A stretch of 64,000 nucleotides of DNA from the NCBI GenBank assembly GCA_040902535.1, contig JBBDXD010000001.1, positions 145,161 through 209,160 of the forward strand, given 5' to 3'. Numbering within the stretch: position 1 is the stretch's first letter; each line of letters opens with the position of its first letter. This DNA is from Dehalococcoidia bacterium. GTDB taxonomy: Bacteria; Chloroflexota; Dehalococcoidia; DSTF01; JACRBR01. Made by a program: the position numbers and the translations under genes. Below are positions 17,884-26,878 of this stretch, piece by piece. The notes under the pieces are model-generated. The model saw only the letters and a list, made by a program, of their open reading frames with translations. It was not told where the DNA came from and ran no database searches.

Positions 17884-18581
17884 TCAAGCGCATCGTGCCG
17901 TTCTCGTACTGGGCTATCGTCTGGTTCATCCGGCTGTGCATGTTCCTCTACATCCGCAGCACGAAGACCACCGGGCTCGAGAACATCCCGCGAGAAGGCG
18001 GCGCCATCCTCGTCTCGAACCATCTCAACAATGCCGACCCGTGCATCATCCCCGGCGTCACCAGCCGGCGCATCGTCACGATGGCGAAGAAGGAGATGTT
18101 CCGCTGGCCCGTGATTAGCTGGCTCTTCAAGTTCATCGGCGCTTTTCCGGTCGATCGGCAGGGCGCCGATCTTGGCGCGCTGCGCGAGGCTCAGCGCCTC
18201 GTCAACGACGGCTTGCTGCTCCTGATGTTCCCTGAGGGCACGCGATCGAAGGATCGCCAGTTGCACCGCGGCTTTCCCGGGACGGCGCTCGTCGCGTACC
18301 GCACCGGCGCCCCGATCATCCCGATCGCGATTACCGGCACCGAAGGATTACCGTGGCCCTGGGTGTTCTTTCGGCCATTCATCGGCCCGCGCGTGACCGT
18401 CACGATCGGCGAGCCGTTCTACCCACCGGCGACCGGGCGCATCACGACGCAGGCAGCGAAAGACGCCACCGACCAGATCATGCTCCGCGTCGCGGAGTTG
18501 TTGCCCGAGTCGTACCAGGGGGAGTTCCGCGAGGCCGTCGCCAGCGGTCGTGTCGGCTCAGCTATTTCGACGGAAGCCTAG
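17880..18581 (+). CDS. plsC: 1-acyl-sn-glycerol-3-phosphate acyltransferase
   Basis: Acyltransferase motifs LVSNHLNNADP (HxxxxD) and FPEGTRS. The GTG start overlaps the cmk stop. Confidence 0.85.
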   Translation: MIKRIVPFSYWAIVWFIRLCMFLYIRSTKTTGLENIPREGGAILVSNHLNNADPCIIPGVTSRRIVTMAKKEMFRWPVISWLFKFIGAFPVDRQGADLGALREAQRLVNDGLLLLMFPEGTRSKDRQLHRGFPGTALVAYRTGAPIIPIAITGTEGLPWPWVFFRPFIGPRVTVTIGEPFYPPATGRITTQAAKDATDQIMLRVAELLPESYQGEFREAVASGRVGSAISTEA

Positions 18582-19060
18582 GCCGCGAGGCTTCCGACGG
18601 GCTCCTCTACGATGTTCTCAGACGGCCGCCGCACCCACGCGAGCGCGCTGAACTCGAGCACAATGAGGCACGACGCCAGCAGGCTCAACAGGATCGCACC
18701 GTCGGTCGCGAGACCGAGCGGGTCGCCGTAGCGATCGGCCGCTTGCGACGCACTCGTCACCGCAAGCCATGCGATCGTGAAGGTGACCGAGAACGCAATC
18801 TGCACGACGCGAATGTTGCCGACGAGTCGATGCCACGCGAGACCAAACAACCACAGCAAGATCGCCAATGCCCACCCGACGATGAGGTACGCGCTGATCA
18901 GGAACGTCGGGGCGGCGGCGGCGCCCAGCACCACGCCCAGGGGTATCGCCACGCGTGGGCGCCAGCCTCCGTGGCGCGCCACCAGGATGCCGCCCAGGAT
19001 CGCCAGCGGCGCCGCGACCAGCAGCCCGACGAGCCACAAGAGCGCAAAGATGAATTGCAT
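18578..19060 (-). CDS. hypothetical 4-TM membrane protein (paralog 1 of a tandem pair)
   Basis: Hydrophobic 160-aa product. It shares AAPTFL...LGW...AWHR.V...Q...IA...F.WL...LIVLEFSA..W with the adjacent ORF. Confidence 0.55.
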   Translation of the reverse strand: MQFIFALLWLVGLLVAAPLAILGGILVARHGGWRPRVAIPLGVVLGAAAAPTFLISAYLIVGWALAILLWLFGLAWHRLVGNIRVVQIAFSVTFTIAWLAVTSASQAADRYGDPLGLATDGAILLSLLASCLIVLEFSALAWVRRPSENIVEEPVGSLAA

Positions 19061-19095
19061 GACGCCTCCCCAATAAGGGTCGGCGGGAGACCGAC

Positions 19096-19617
19096 CTACT
19101 TGCGCCCCGGTCGGGCCGGAATCGCCGCGAACCCGCCATCCGGCTGGGTCATGTCACGGCTGGCAGAGCGACGGCGCGGGAAGAGCCAATCCCAGGACGC
19201 GGCGCTGAATTCCAGCACGATGAGGGTCGCCACGAGCGGACTCGTGAGGAACGCGCCATCGGCCGCGACCTTTCGCGCCCCTTCGCCCGATTGGAAGAGT
19301 TCACCGACGCTGCCCGCCATCAGCCAGCCGAAGGCGAACACGATGACCACAGCAATCTCCAGGAACTGCACGTCCGTGACGTACCGATGCCATGCGCCGG
19401 CTACCGCCCAGATGAACGCGGCGGCGATCCACCCGAGCAGGAAGATGTAGGACCCGAGAAGGAACGTCGGAGCGGCGATCATGCCGATGGCCACGCCCGC
19501 TGGCACCGCCACTAGCGGTCGCAAGTGATGCCGAAGCATCGCGAGCACGCCGCCGCCGACCGCCACGGGCACGGAGGCGAACAGCAGGACGCTCCACACG
19601 AGCCAGAATCCCTCCAT
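19096..19617 (-). CDS. hypothetical 4-TM membrane protein (paralog 2 of a tandem pair)
   Basis: Same conserved blocks as 18578-19060. The likely start is MEGFWLVW (ATG 19617); the ORF track extends to 19677. Confidence 0.55.
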   Translation of the reverse strand: MEGFWLVWSVLLFASVPVAVGGGVLAMLRHHLRPLVAVPAGVAIGMIAAPTFLLGSYIFLLGWIAAAFIWAVAGAWHRYVTDVQFLEIAVVIVFAFGWLMAGSVGELFQSGEGARKVAADGAFLTSPLVATLIVLEFSAASWDWLFPRRRSASRDMTQPDGGFAAIPARPGRK

Positions 19618-19730
19618 CGCGCACTCCACTTCCAGCTTCGTGCAGCGCATCACAATGACGCTATACTGACTGCGCATATCGTGCGATCAGCGTGCTGGCC
19701 GCGGCCGTGCTCGCGTGTCAGGTTGAGGAC

Positions 19731-20591
19731 ATGCAGGTCATCAAAGCCAAAGAACTCGGGTTCTGCATGGGCGTGCGACGCGCCGTCGACATGATGGAGC
19801 ACGCCGCGGGCGAACTCGGGCCCATTACGAGCCTCGGCTCGACCGTGCATAACCCGCAGGTCGTCGGCAAGCTGCGCGAGCGTGGCGTCGACGTCATCGC
19901 CACGATCGACGAGATCGACGCGCGTCCAGTCGCCATCACGGCGCACGGCGTCGGCCCCACGGTCCTCAGCGCGCTCGAGGCGCGCGGAGCGCAGATTGTC
20001 GATACCACCTGCCCGATCGTCACGCGCGCTCAGCAGTGGGCGAAGAAGCTCACCGACGAGGGCTTCGGCGTCATCGTCTTCGGCGACCCGAACCATAAGG
20101 AAGTGCGCGGCATCCTCGGCTGGGCGAACGGCAAGGTCGTCACGATGCGCAGCGCCGACGAACTGGACGCACCCCTGCCCGCGTGGATGCCGTCCCGCGT
20201 CGGAGTGCTCTCACAGACCACGGAGACGGAAGCGCACTTCGCCGCGTTCGTGCACAAGTTGCTGACGGCGCATATCGACCATATCAGCGAACTGCGCGTC
20301 ATCAACACGCTCTGCAACGCGACGACGAGTCAGCAAGCCGCCACGGAAGAGTTGACCGGTCAGGTCGACCTGATGATCGTAGTCGGCGGCAGGGAGAGCG
20401 CGAACACGCGCCATCTCGCGGAAGTCGCCCGCGAACGCGGGATCGAGACGTACCACGTCGAATCCGCAGACGAGATCGACCGTGCATGGCTCGCCGGTCA
20501 CGAGAACGTCGGCGTTGCGGCGGGAGCATCGACCCCCGACGTGGTGATCGATGAGGTCGTAGAGCGCCTCCACGCCCTGGCCCCGAACTGA
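19731..20591 (+). CDS. ispH: 4-hydroxy-3-methylbut-2-enyl diphosphate reductase
   Basis: MQVIKAKELGFCMGVRRAVDMMEHA...TVHNPQVV...TCPIVTRAQQWAKK...VVGGRESANTRHL (LytB/IspH conserved Cys and His positions). Confidence 0.92.
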   Translation: MQVIKAKELGFCMGVRRAVDMMEHAAGELGPITSLGSTVHNPQVVGKLRERGVDVIATIDEIDARPVAITAHGVGPTVLSALEARGAQIVDTTCPIVTRAQQWAKKLTDEGFGVIVFGDPNHKEVRGILGWANGKVVTMRSADELDAPLPAWMPSRVGVLSQTTETEAHFAAFVHKLLTAHIDHISELRVINTLCNATTSQQAATEELTGQVDLMIVVGGRESANTRHLAEVARERGIETYHVESADEIDRAWLAGHENVGVAAGASTPDVVIDEVVERLHALAPN

Positions 20592-20637
20592 TCTCTATGT
20601 CTCCTGACGTACCAATCTTGAACCTGGCGCGCGGCCG

Positions 20638-22113
20638 ATGACCGAAGTACGACGCAGGCCGAGCAGCCGCCGCCCCAACGAAGGTGGCGTGATCGACGCG
20701 GTGCGCGTGGGCAGCCTCGCCGACGAAATAGGCCTGCAGCGAGGCGACCGCATCACGGCGATCGACGGACGCGCGCTGCGCGACGCCGTCGACTTCCAGT
20801 TCTATGCCGCGGAAGACACCATCGAGCTGGAAGTCGTCCGCGCCGGCGAGCCCGAGGTCATAGAAGTCGAGAAGTTCATCGATGAAGATCTCGGCATCGA
20901 GTTCCAGGACGCCGCGTTCGATGGTGTCCGCACGTGCAACAACAGTTGCTTCTTCTGCTTCCTCAAGGGCAATCCGAAGGGGTTGCGCAAGACGCTCTAC
21001 GTCAAGGACGACGACTACCGGCTGAGCTTCTTCCACGGCAACTTCGTCACGCTGACGAACCTCAGCGAGCAAGACTGGGCGCGCCTCGAAGAGCAACGGC
21101 TGTCACCGATCAACGTCTCGGTGCACGCCACCGAGCCGGAGCTTCGACGCTACATGCTGGGCAACAAGACCGCGCCAGATATTTGCGAGCAGTTGCGCCG
21201 CCTCGACGCGATCGGCATTCAGGCCAACACGCAGGTCGTGCTCTGCCCCGGCGTCAACGACGGCGACGCACTCGACCGCACGATCAACGACCTGACATCG
21301 CTGCATCCGGCCGTGCAGAACGTCTCGATCGTGCCTGTCGGCGCGACGACGTACGCCGAGGAACGCATCGAGCGCCAACACCACGCCGATGAAGTCGAAG
21401 AAGTGAACGTGGAGCACGCACGGCGCGTAAAGGCGCAGGTCGAACCCTGTCAGCGCCGGTTCCGCAAGGAACTGGGCAAGACGCTCGTGTATCTCGCCGA
21501 CGAATACTACCTGCTCGACGGCGGCGAGCCTCCCGGCGTCGCGCACTACGACGGCTTCCCACAGTTCGAAAATGGCATCGGCATGGCGCGCTCTCTGATC
21601 GAAGACTGGAGGAAGACGCGCCGATCGATCGGCGCTGGGGCTAAGCAGCGCTATGCGGTCGATCGCGTCAGCCTCGTCTGCGCGACGCTCATCGCACCCA
21701 CGCTCCGCCGGATCGCGCGCGAATTCGCCGCCGCCACCGGCATCGAAGTCACGGTACACGCGCTTGAGAACACGTTCTTTGGTCCGCGCGTGAACGTGTC
21801 CGGGCTGCTCGTCGCGGAGGACATTGAGCGCCAGTTGCGCGGCCGCGACCTCGGCGACCTCGTCGTGATGCCGCGCTACGCGCTGGACTACACCGCGAAC
21901 CGATTCCTCGACGACGGCACGCCTGACCAACTGCAGCGCAGCCTCGGCCTGCCGATCGGGTTCGCGTCGTCTCTGCGCGCGGTCTTGCAAATCGTGTCAG
22001 AACCGTTAGAATCGCCCGTGTCGGGCGCCGAAACCGCGGCGGCCACGAACGGTAAGGCCTGGGTCGACTATGCGGCCCTGAACGAAGGAGGTGCGCCGGC
22101 AGCGGCGAGGTAG
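20638..22113 (+). CDS. PDZ domain plus DUF512-type radical-SAM-like Fe-S protein
   Basis: N-terminal PDZ-like GSLADEIGLQRGDRITAIDGRAL. CxxxCxxC motif TCNNSCFFCF with the LSFFHGNFVTLTNL and PINVSVHAT blocks typical of DUF512 proteins. Confidence 0.7.
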   Translation: MTEVRRRPSSRRPNEGGVIDAVRVGSLADEIGLQRGDRITAIDGRALRDAVDFQFYAAEDTIELEVVRAGEPEVIEVEKFIDEDLGIEFQDAAFDGVRTCNNSCFFCFLKGNPKGLRKTLYVKDDDYRLSFFHGNFVTLTNLSEQDWARLEEQRLSPINVSVHATEPELRRYMLGNKTAPDICEQLRRLDAIGIQANTQVVLCPGVNDGDALDRTINDLTSLHPAVQNVSIVPVGATTYAEERIERQHHADEVEEVNVEHARRVKAQVEPCQRRFRKELGKTLVYLADEYYLLDGGEPPGVAHYDGFPQFENGIGMARSLIEDWRKTRRSIGAGAKQRYAVDRVSLVCATLIAPTLRRIAREFAAATGIEVTVHALENTFFGPRVNVSGLLVAEDIERQLRGRDLGDLVVMPRYALDYTANRFLDDGTPDQLQRSLGLPIGFASSLRAVLQIVSEPLESPVSGAETAAATNGKAWVDYAALNEGGAPAAAR

Positions 22114-22128
22114 GAGCGTAATCAACAC

Positions 22129-22330
22129 AGCGCCAGGTCCGCTTCGCAGGATCGCCCGGCACGGCCGGATTAGAGACGCGAGCGCGGACGACGAGGCAGA
22201 GGCTCATCGAAAGACTCGGCGGATGGCCTCTCGGCAGCACAGTCGTCATGGACGGAGCAAAACGCGGCGCGCGAGCGCCCGACAAAGACCGGCCAGCGTG
22301 CAAGCCTCCGTCGAGGCTTCGCTCCCCCTC
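22129..22330 (+). ncRNA. glmS ribozyme (GlcN6P-dependent self-cleaving riboswitch) in the glmS leader
   Basis: AGCGCCAGG...GCCCGGC...GGAUUAGAGACG...GACGACGAGGCAGAGGCUCAUCGAAAGACUCGGCGGAUGGCCUCUCGGCAG reproduces the conserved glmS ribozyme core blocks (AGCGCC cleavage-site context, GACGAGG, AUCGAA, CGGCGGAUGCCUCC-like). The 3' boundary is approximate. Confidence 0.75.
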
Positions 22331-22510
22331 CGCAGACCGTGATACCCGCTCGATGCCTCGCCTCGCGAGCACAGGCGCGATCGTGCCGATCGCGACCCAA
22401 GCAAGGAGTCTGCATTGCCACACGAACGGAATCGTTACGCCACGCCGCACTCGCTCGATGCCTGGGCAATCCCTTCACGCCTATGGTTGACCTGCTCGGA
22501 GGTGGCCTAG

Positions 22511-24346
22511 ATGTGCGGGATCATCGGATATACCGGCGAACGGGACGCCGCGCCGCTGCTGCTCGATGGGCTGCAACGCCTCGAGTACCGCGGCTACGAT
22601 AGCGCGGGCATCGCCCTGCTTGACGGCGGTGAGATCCACGTCGCAAAGGGCGCCGGCAAGCTTTCGACGCTCCGTGCCGCCCTCGAGGGCGCGTATCCCG
22701 CCGGCGCCGCCGGCATCGGTCACACCCGCTGGGCGACGCACGGAAAGCCGACGACGGACAACGCGCACCCCCACCTCGATTGCGCCGGAGACGTCGTCGT
22801 CATTCACAACGGCATCGTCGAAAATTACCTCGCGCTGCGCAACGAACTGAGCGCGCATCATCTGCGCTCGGAGACTGACACGGAAGTGTTGCCGCACCTC
22901 ATCGAACGCTATCTCGACGAAGGAGACGATCTCCTAACGGCGCTACGGCGCACCATCGCGCGCATCGATGGCGCGCACGCGATCGTCGTCATGTCGCGGC
23001 GCGAGCCGGGCACACTGTTCGCGGCCCGCTGTGGCAACGCGGGTGGCGTGGTCGTGGGTTACGGCGAGGGTGAGATGTTCGTCTCCAGCGACCTCACCGC
23101 GCTTTTGCCCGAAACCCAGCGCGTCGCATTTCTGTCAGACGGAGAGATCGCGTGCGTCGCGGCTTCCGGCGTACGGTACGTCTCGTTCGACGGCGCGCCG
23201 ATCGAGAAGCAGCCGCAAGTCGTGCCGTTTGACGCCGTCTCGGCCGCAAAGGGCGCATTCAAGCACTTCATGCTCAAGGAGATCATGGAGCAGCCGCAGT
23301 GCATCATGGATACGCTTCGCGGGCGCGCCATCTTTGATCCGCCGGGCGTCGACCTCGAAGACGTGGCCATCAGCGACGACGTGCTGCGCTCGGTCGAGCG
23401 CGTGATGCTCATCGGCATGGGCACGAGCATGCACGCGGCGATGGTCGGCCGCACGTACTTCGAGCGGATCGCCTGCATCCCGTCGGAAGTCGACAACTCC
23501 TCGGAGTTCCGCTATCGCGACGCGCTCGTCGACGGGCGCACGCTCGTCGTGTCAGTCGCGCAGTCCGGTGAGACGGTGGACACGCTGGAGGCGATGTCCG
23601 ACGCCGGCCGTCATGGCGCTCCTCAGCTTACGGTCTGCAATACTCCGGGCGCCCAGACGACACGCGTCGCCGACGGCTTCGTCCTGACGCGCTGCGGCCC
23701 CGAAGTTGCCGTCGCCAGCACCAAGACGCTCGTGGCGTCCATCACCGCGCTCTACCTGCTGGCGATTCGCGTCGGCATGGCCCGTGGCGCGCTCGATGCC
23801 GAACGCGCCGGCGAGCTGATCAACGACCTGGCGACGATCCCGAACCTCGTCGGTGACGTCCTCAAGCTGGACCCCGAGATCGAGAAGATCGCGCACCGGC
23901 TGTTCCGCCACGATGACTTCCTGTTCCTCGCCCGCGGACTCCAGTACCCGATGGCGATGGAGGGCGCGCTGAAGCTCAAGGAAGTCAGCTACATCCACGC
24001 CGAGGGCTATCCGGCAGGGGAGATGAAGCATGGCCCGATCGCGCTCATCGACCGCAACATGCCCATCGTCGCGATTGCTGTTGATGATGGCACGCGCGAG
24101 AAGATGCTCTCGAATATCGAGCAGGTGCGCGCCCGCGACGGCATCGTCGTCGGCATCGTCAGCAAAGGTGATACCGAAATTGCCTCGAAGTGCGAATACG
24201 CGCTCGAGATGCCGCGCACGACGCCGCTGCTCTACCCGCTGCTCACCGCCATCCCGATGCAGTTGCTGTCGTACCACATCGCCCTGCGTCGCGGCTGCGA
24301 CGTCGACCAGCCACGCAACCTGGCGAAAACAGTGACGGTGGAGTGA
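22511..24346 (+). CDS. glmS: glutamine--fructose-6-phosphate aminotransferase
   Basis: MCGIIGYTG (Ntn Cys1), RLEYRGYDSAGIAL, two SIS domains and a C-terminal ...CDVDQPRNLAKTVTVE. Confidence 0.95.
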   Translation: MCGIIGYTGERDAAPLLLDGLQRLEYRGYDSAGIALLDGGEIHVAKGAGKLSTLRAALEGAYPAGAAGIGHTRWATHGKPTTDNAHPHLDCAGDVVVIHNGIVENYLALRNELSAHHLRSETDTEVLPHLIERYLDEGDDLLTALRRTIARIDGAHAIVVMSRREPGTLFAARCGNAGGVVVGYGEGEMFVSSDLTALLPETQRVAFLSDGEIACVAASGVRYVSFDGAPIEKQPQVVPFDAVSAAKGAFKHFMLKEIMEQPQCIMDTLRGRAIFDPPGVDLEDVAISDDVLRSVERVMLIGMGTSMHAAMVGRTYFERIACIPSEVDNSSEFRYRDALVDGRTLVVSVAQSGETVDTLEAMSDAGRHGAPQLTVCNTPGAQTTRVADGFVLTRCGPEVAVASTKTLVASITALYLLAIRVGMARGALDAERAGELINDLATIPNLVGDVLKLDPEIEKIAHRLFRHDDFLFLARGLQYPMAMEGALKLKEVSYIHAEGYPAGEMKHGPIALIDRNMPIVAIAVDDGTREKMLSNIEQVRARDGIVVGIVSKGDTEIASKCEYALEMPRTTPLLYPLLTAIPMQLLSYHIALRRGCDVDQPRNLAKTVTVE

Positions 24347-24403
24347 GCGCTGACCAGCGGCGCTGGGGCAACATATCGCATAGCGGCGTCCGCCCTGCCG
24401 GCG

Positions 24404-24451
24404 TTGACCACATCCGGCGTCTGAGTTAGTGTAAGAGTGACACTAACTCAG
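24404..24451 (+). promoter_or_regulatory. promoter-like TTGACC-17-TAGTGT overlapping an AT-rich 12-bp perfect inverted repeat (candidate NAD-regulon operator) upstream of nadB
   Basis: CTGAGTTAGTGT-aagagtg-ACACTAACTCAG (24421-24451) is a perfect 12-bp inverted repeat. It lies about 20 nt upstream of the nadB ATG (24470) and overlaps the -10-like hexamer. Confidence 0.4.
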
Positions 24452-24469
24452 GCGCATTCGGGGTCATCC

Positions 24470-26005
24470 ATGCTGCAGCGGTTCGATTACATCGTCGTCG
24501 GGTCAGGGATCGCGGGACTCTATGCCGCCCTGCTCGCGCGGCAGCACGGCAGCGTCTGCGTGCTCACCAAGGGCAGCATCGACGAGTGCAATACGAAGTA
24601 CGCGCAGGGTGGCATCGCCGCCGCCGTCGGCACCGACGACAACGCCGGCCTTCACCTGCGCGACACCATCGAAGCCGGTGCCGGACTGGTGGACGAAGAG
24701 GCGGCGCGCATCCTCGTCGAAGCCGCCGCAGACCGCATCAGCGACCTCGTGACCTTCGGCGTCCCCTTCGACAGCACCGACGGCGAAGTCGCACTCGGCC
24801 GCGAAGCGGCGCATAGCCGCCGCCGCATCCTGCACGCAGGCGGCGACTCCACCGGCGCCCACATCGAGATCTCGCTCAGCGGCCTCGCGAAGATGTCGCA
24901 CATCACGATCAAGGAGTACGTCCAGGTCGAAGAGATCGTCGTCGAGAACGGCCGCGCGAGCGGTGTGCTCGCACTCGACACGCGGACGAACGCCAACGAG
25001 CGCTTCGATGCCGGCGCGATCGTTCTTGCGACGGGCGGTATCGGCCAGTTATTCCGCGTCAGCACCAACCCGGAGATCGCCACGGGTGACGGCGTCGCGC
25101 TCGCCTATCGCGCCGGCGCCGAGGTGCAGGACATGGAGTTCATCCAGTTCCACCCCACCGCGCTGCGCCTGCCAGGCGTGCCCATCTTCCTCATCACAGA
25201 GGCGGTGCGTGGCGAGGGTGGCGTGCTCGCGAACGCCGTCGGCGAGCGATTTATGCCGCGCTATCACGCAGACGCTGAACTCGCTCCTCGCGACGTCGTC
25301 GCGCGAGCGATCGTGAGCGAAATGACGCACACGGCATCGGATCGCGTGTACCTCGACATCACGCACCTGCCGGCGGAACGGATTACGGCGCGTTTTCCCC
25401 AGATCTACAAGTACTGTCTCGACCACGGCCTGGACATGACCCGGGAGCCGATCCCGGTGTCGCCGGCCGCGCACTACATCATGGGCGGCGTCCGCACGAA
25501 CACCTGGGGCGAAACGACGCTCCCGGGCCTCTACGCCTGCGGCGAGGTCGCCTGCACCGGCGTGCACGGCGCCAACCGTCTCGCCAGCAACTCGCTCCTC
25601 GAAACCGTCGTCTTTGCCAAGCGCATCGTGCAGCGCACGCTCGATACAACCGGCGCTGCCGCTGAGCTGACCGCCGACGCGCGCGAGTTGCCCCGCTTCG
25701 CGAACGAAAGCGGGTCGCATCCGGATCGCCCATCACTGCAGGCACTGATGTGGGACAACGTAGGGATCGTGCGCGACGGCGAAGGATTGCGTCACGCGAC
25801 ACGACAGCTTGCGGCGTGGCGCGCGGCGCTTCCGCAGCCCCTCGATCGCCTGTCGCACGAGCTGGCAAACATGCTGCTCGCCGGGCGGCTCATGGCCGAA
25901 GCCTCCCTGCTGCGCGAAGAGAGCCGCGGCGCCCACTGCCGCACGGACTACCCCGAGCCCGTCGATGCATGGCGCCGCCACATCGCCTTCCGGCGCAGGA
26001 TCTGA
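24470..26005 (+). CDS. nadB: L-aspartate oxidase
   Basis: FDYIVVGSGIAGLYAAL (FAD GxGxxG), YAQGGIAAA, RSLGTT-like succinate-dehydrogenase-flavoprotein fold and a C-terminal EESRGAHCRTDYPE. The track ORF starts at an in-frame GTG (24437) inside the palindrome; ATG 24470 is preferred. Confidence 0.92.
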   Translation: MLQRFDYIVVGSGIAGLYAALLARQHGSVCVLTKGSIDECNTKYAQGGIAAAVGTDDNAGLHLRDTIEAGAGLVDEEAARILVEAAADRISDLVTFGVPFDSTDGEVALGREAAHSRRRILHAGGDSTGAHIEISLSGLAKMSHITIKEYVQVEEIVVENGRASGVLALDTRTNANERFDAGAIVLATGGIGQLFRVSTNPEIATGDGVALAYRAGAEVQDMEFIQFHPTALRLPGVPIFLITEAVRGEGGVLANAVGERFMPRYHADAELAPRDVVARAIVSEMTHTASDRVYLDITHLPAERITARFPQIYKYCLDHGLDMTREPIPVSPAAHYIMGGVRTNTWGETTLPGLYACGEVACTGVHGANRLASNSLLETVVFAKRIVQRTLDTTGAAAELTADARELPRFANESGSHPDRPSLQALMWDNVGIVRDGEGLRHATRQLAAWRAALPQPLDRLSHELANMLLAGRLMAEASLLREESRGAHCRTDYPEPVDAWRRHIAFRRRI

Positions 26006-26008
26006 CGG

Positions 26009-26878
26009 ATGATCCAGGGAGCACCGCTGCCGCCGCACGTCATCGATGAAGCCGTCCTCGCCGCGCTCGAAGAGGATGCCGCGCACAACGACGTCACGAC
26101 CGCCGCGGTCCTTGCGCCCGGCCAGTGGGGGCGAGGCGCGTTCATCGCCAAGACCGCGGGCGTGATCGCCGGCCTGCCCGTCGCGGCCGCTGCCATGACC
26201 GCGCTCGACGAGGATGTCTCCTTCGACACGCTCGTCGCAGAAGGCCACCAGGTGATTGCCGGGACGACTATCGCCGAGGTTGAAGGCCAGCTTGCGGCGA
26301 TCCTGGCGTGCGAGCGCGTCGCCTTGAACTTTCTGCAGCGGCTTTCGGGCATCGCCACGCTGACACGCGACTTCGTCGATGCCGTGCAAGACACGAACGC
26401 TGTGATTCTCGACACCCGCAAGACGACGCCCGGGTTGCGCGTGCTCGAACGCTACGCCGTGCGCGCCGGCGGGGGCCGCAACCACCGCTTCGCGCTCGCC
26501 GACGGCATCCTGATCAAGGACAACCACATCGAAGCGTCGAAGCAGGACGGCACCCCGCACCTCGGCGACATCGTGCGGCAAGTCCGCAAGTCGGCGCCCC
26601 ACACCCTGCGCATCGAGATCGAATGCACCGACGACGAGCAGGTCGCACAGGCTTTGGAGGGCGGCGCAGACGTCATCCTGCTCGACAACATGGACGTCGA
26701 AGCGATCCGTGCCGCCCTCCGCGTTATCGACGGCCGCGCGCAGGTCGAGGCATCGGGCGGTATCACCCTCGCGAACGTCGCGGAGATCGCGCGCACGGGT
26801 GTCGACTTTATCTCGATCGGACGCCTCACGCACTCCGCACCCGCACTCGACATCAGCCTCGATATCTCGACGGTCTGA
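26009..26878 (+). CDS. nadC: nicotinate-nucleotide pyrophosphorylase (carboxylating)
   Basis: QPRTase fold ...DTRKTTPGLRVLERYAVRAGGGRNHRFALADGILIKDNHI...LLDNM... Immediately follows nadB. Confidence 0.9.
   Translation: MIQGAPLPPHVIDEAVLAALEEDAAHNDVTTAAVLAPGQWGRGAFIAKTAGVIAGLPVAAAAMTALDEDVSFDTLVAEGHQVIAGTTIAEVEGQLAAILACERVALNFLQRLSGIATLTRDFVDAVQDTNAVILDTRKTTPGLRVLERYAVRAGGGRNHRFALADGILIKDNHIEASKQDGTPHLGDIVRQVRKSAPHTLRIEIECTDDEQVAQALEGGADVILLDNMDVEAIRAALRVIDGRAQVEASGGITLANVAEIARTGVDFISIGRLTHSAPALDISLDISTV

Noticed and set aside
26308-26877. The N-terminal 190 codons of track ORF 26308-27420
   Set aside because: This region overlaps nadC in another frame and is Arg-rich. The real gene begins at ATG 26878 with a Walker-A motif.
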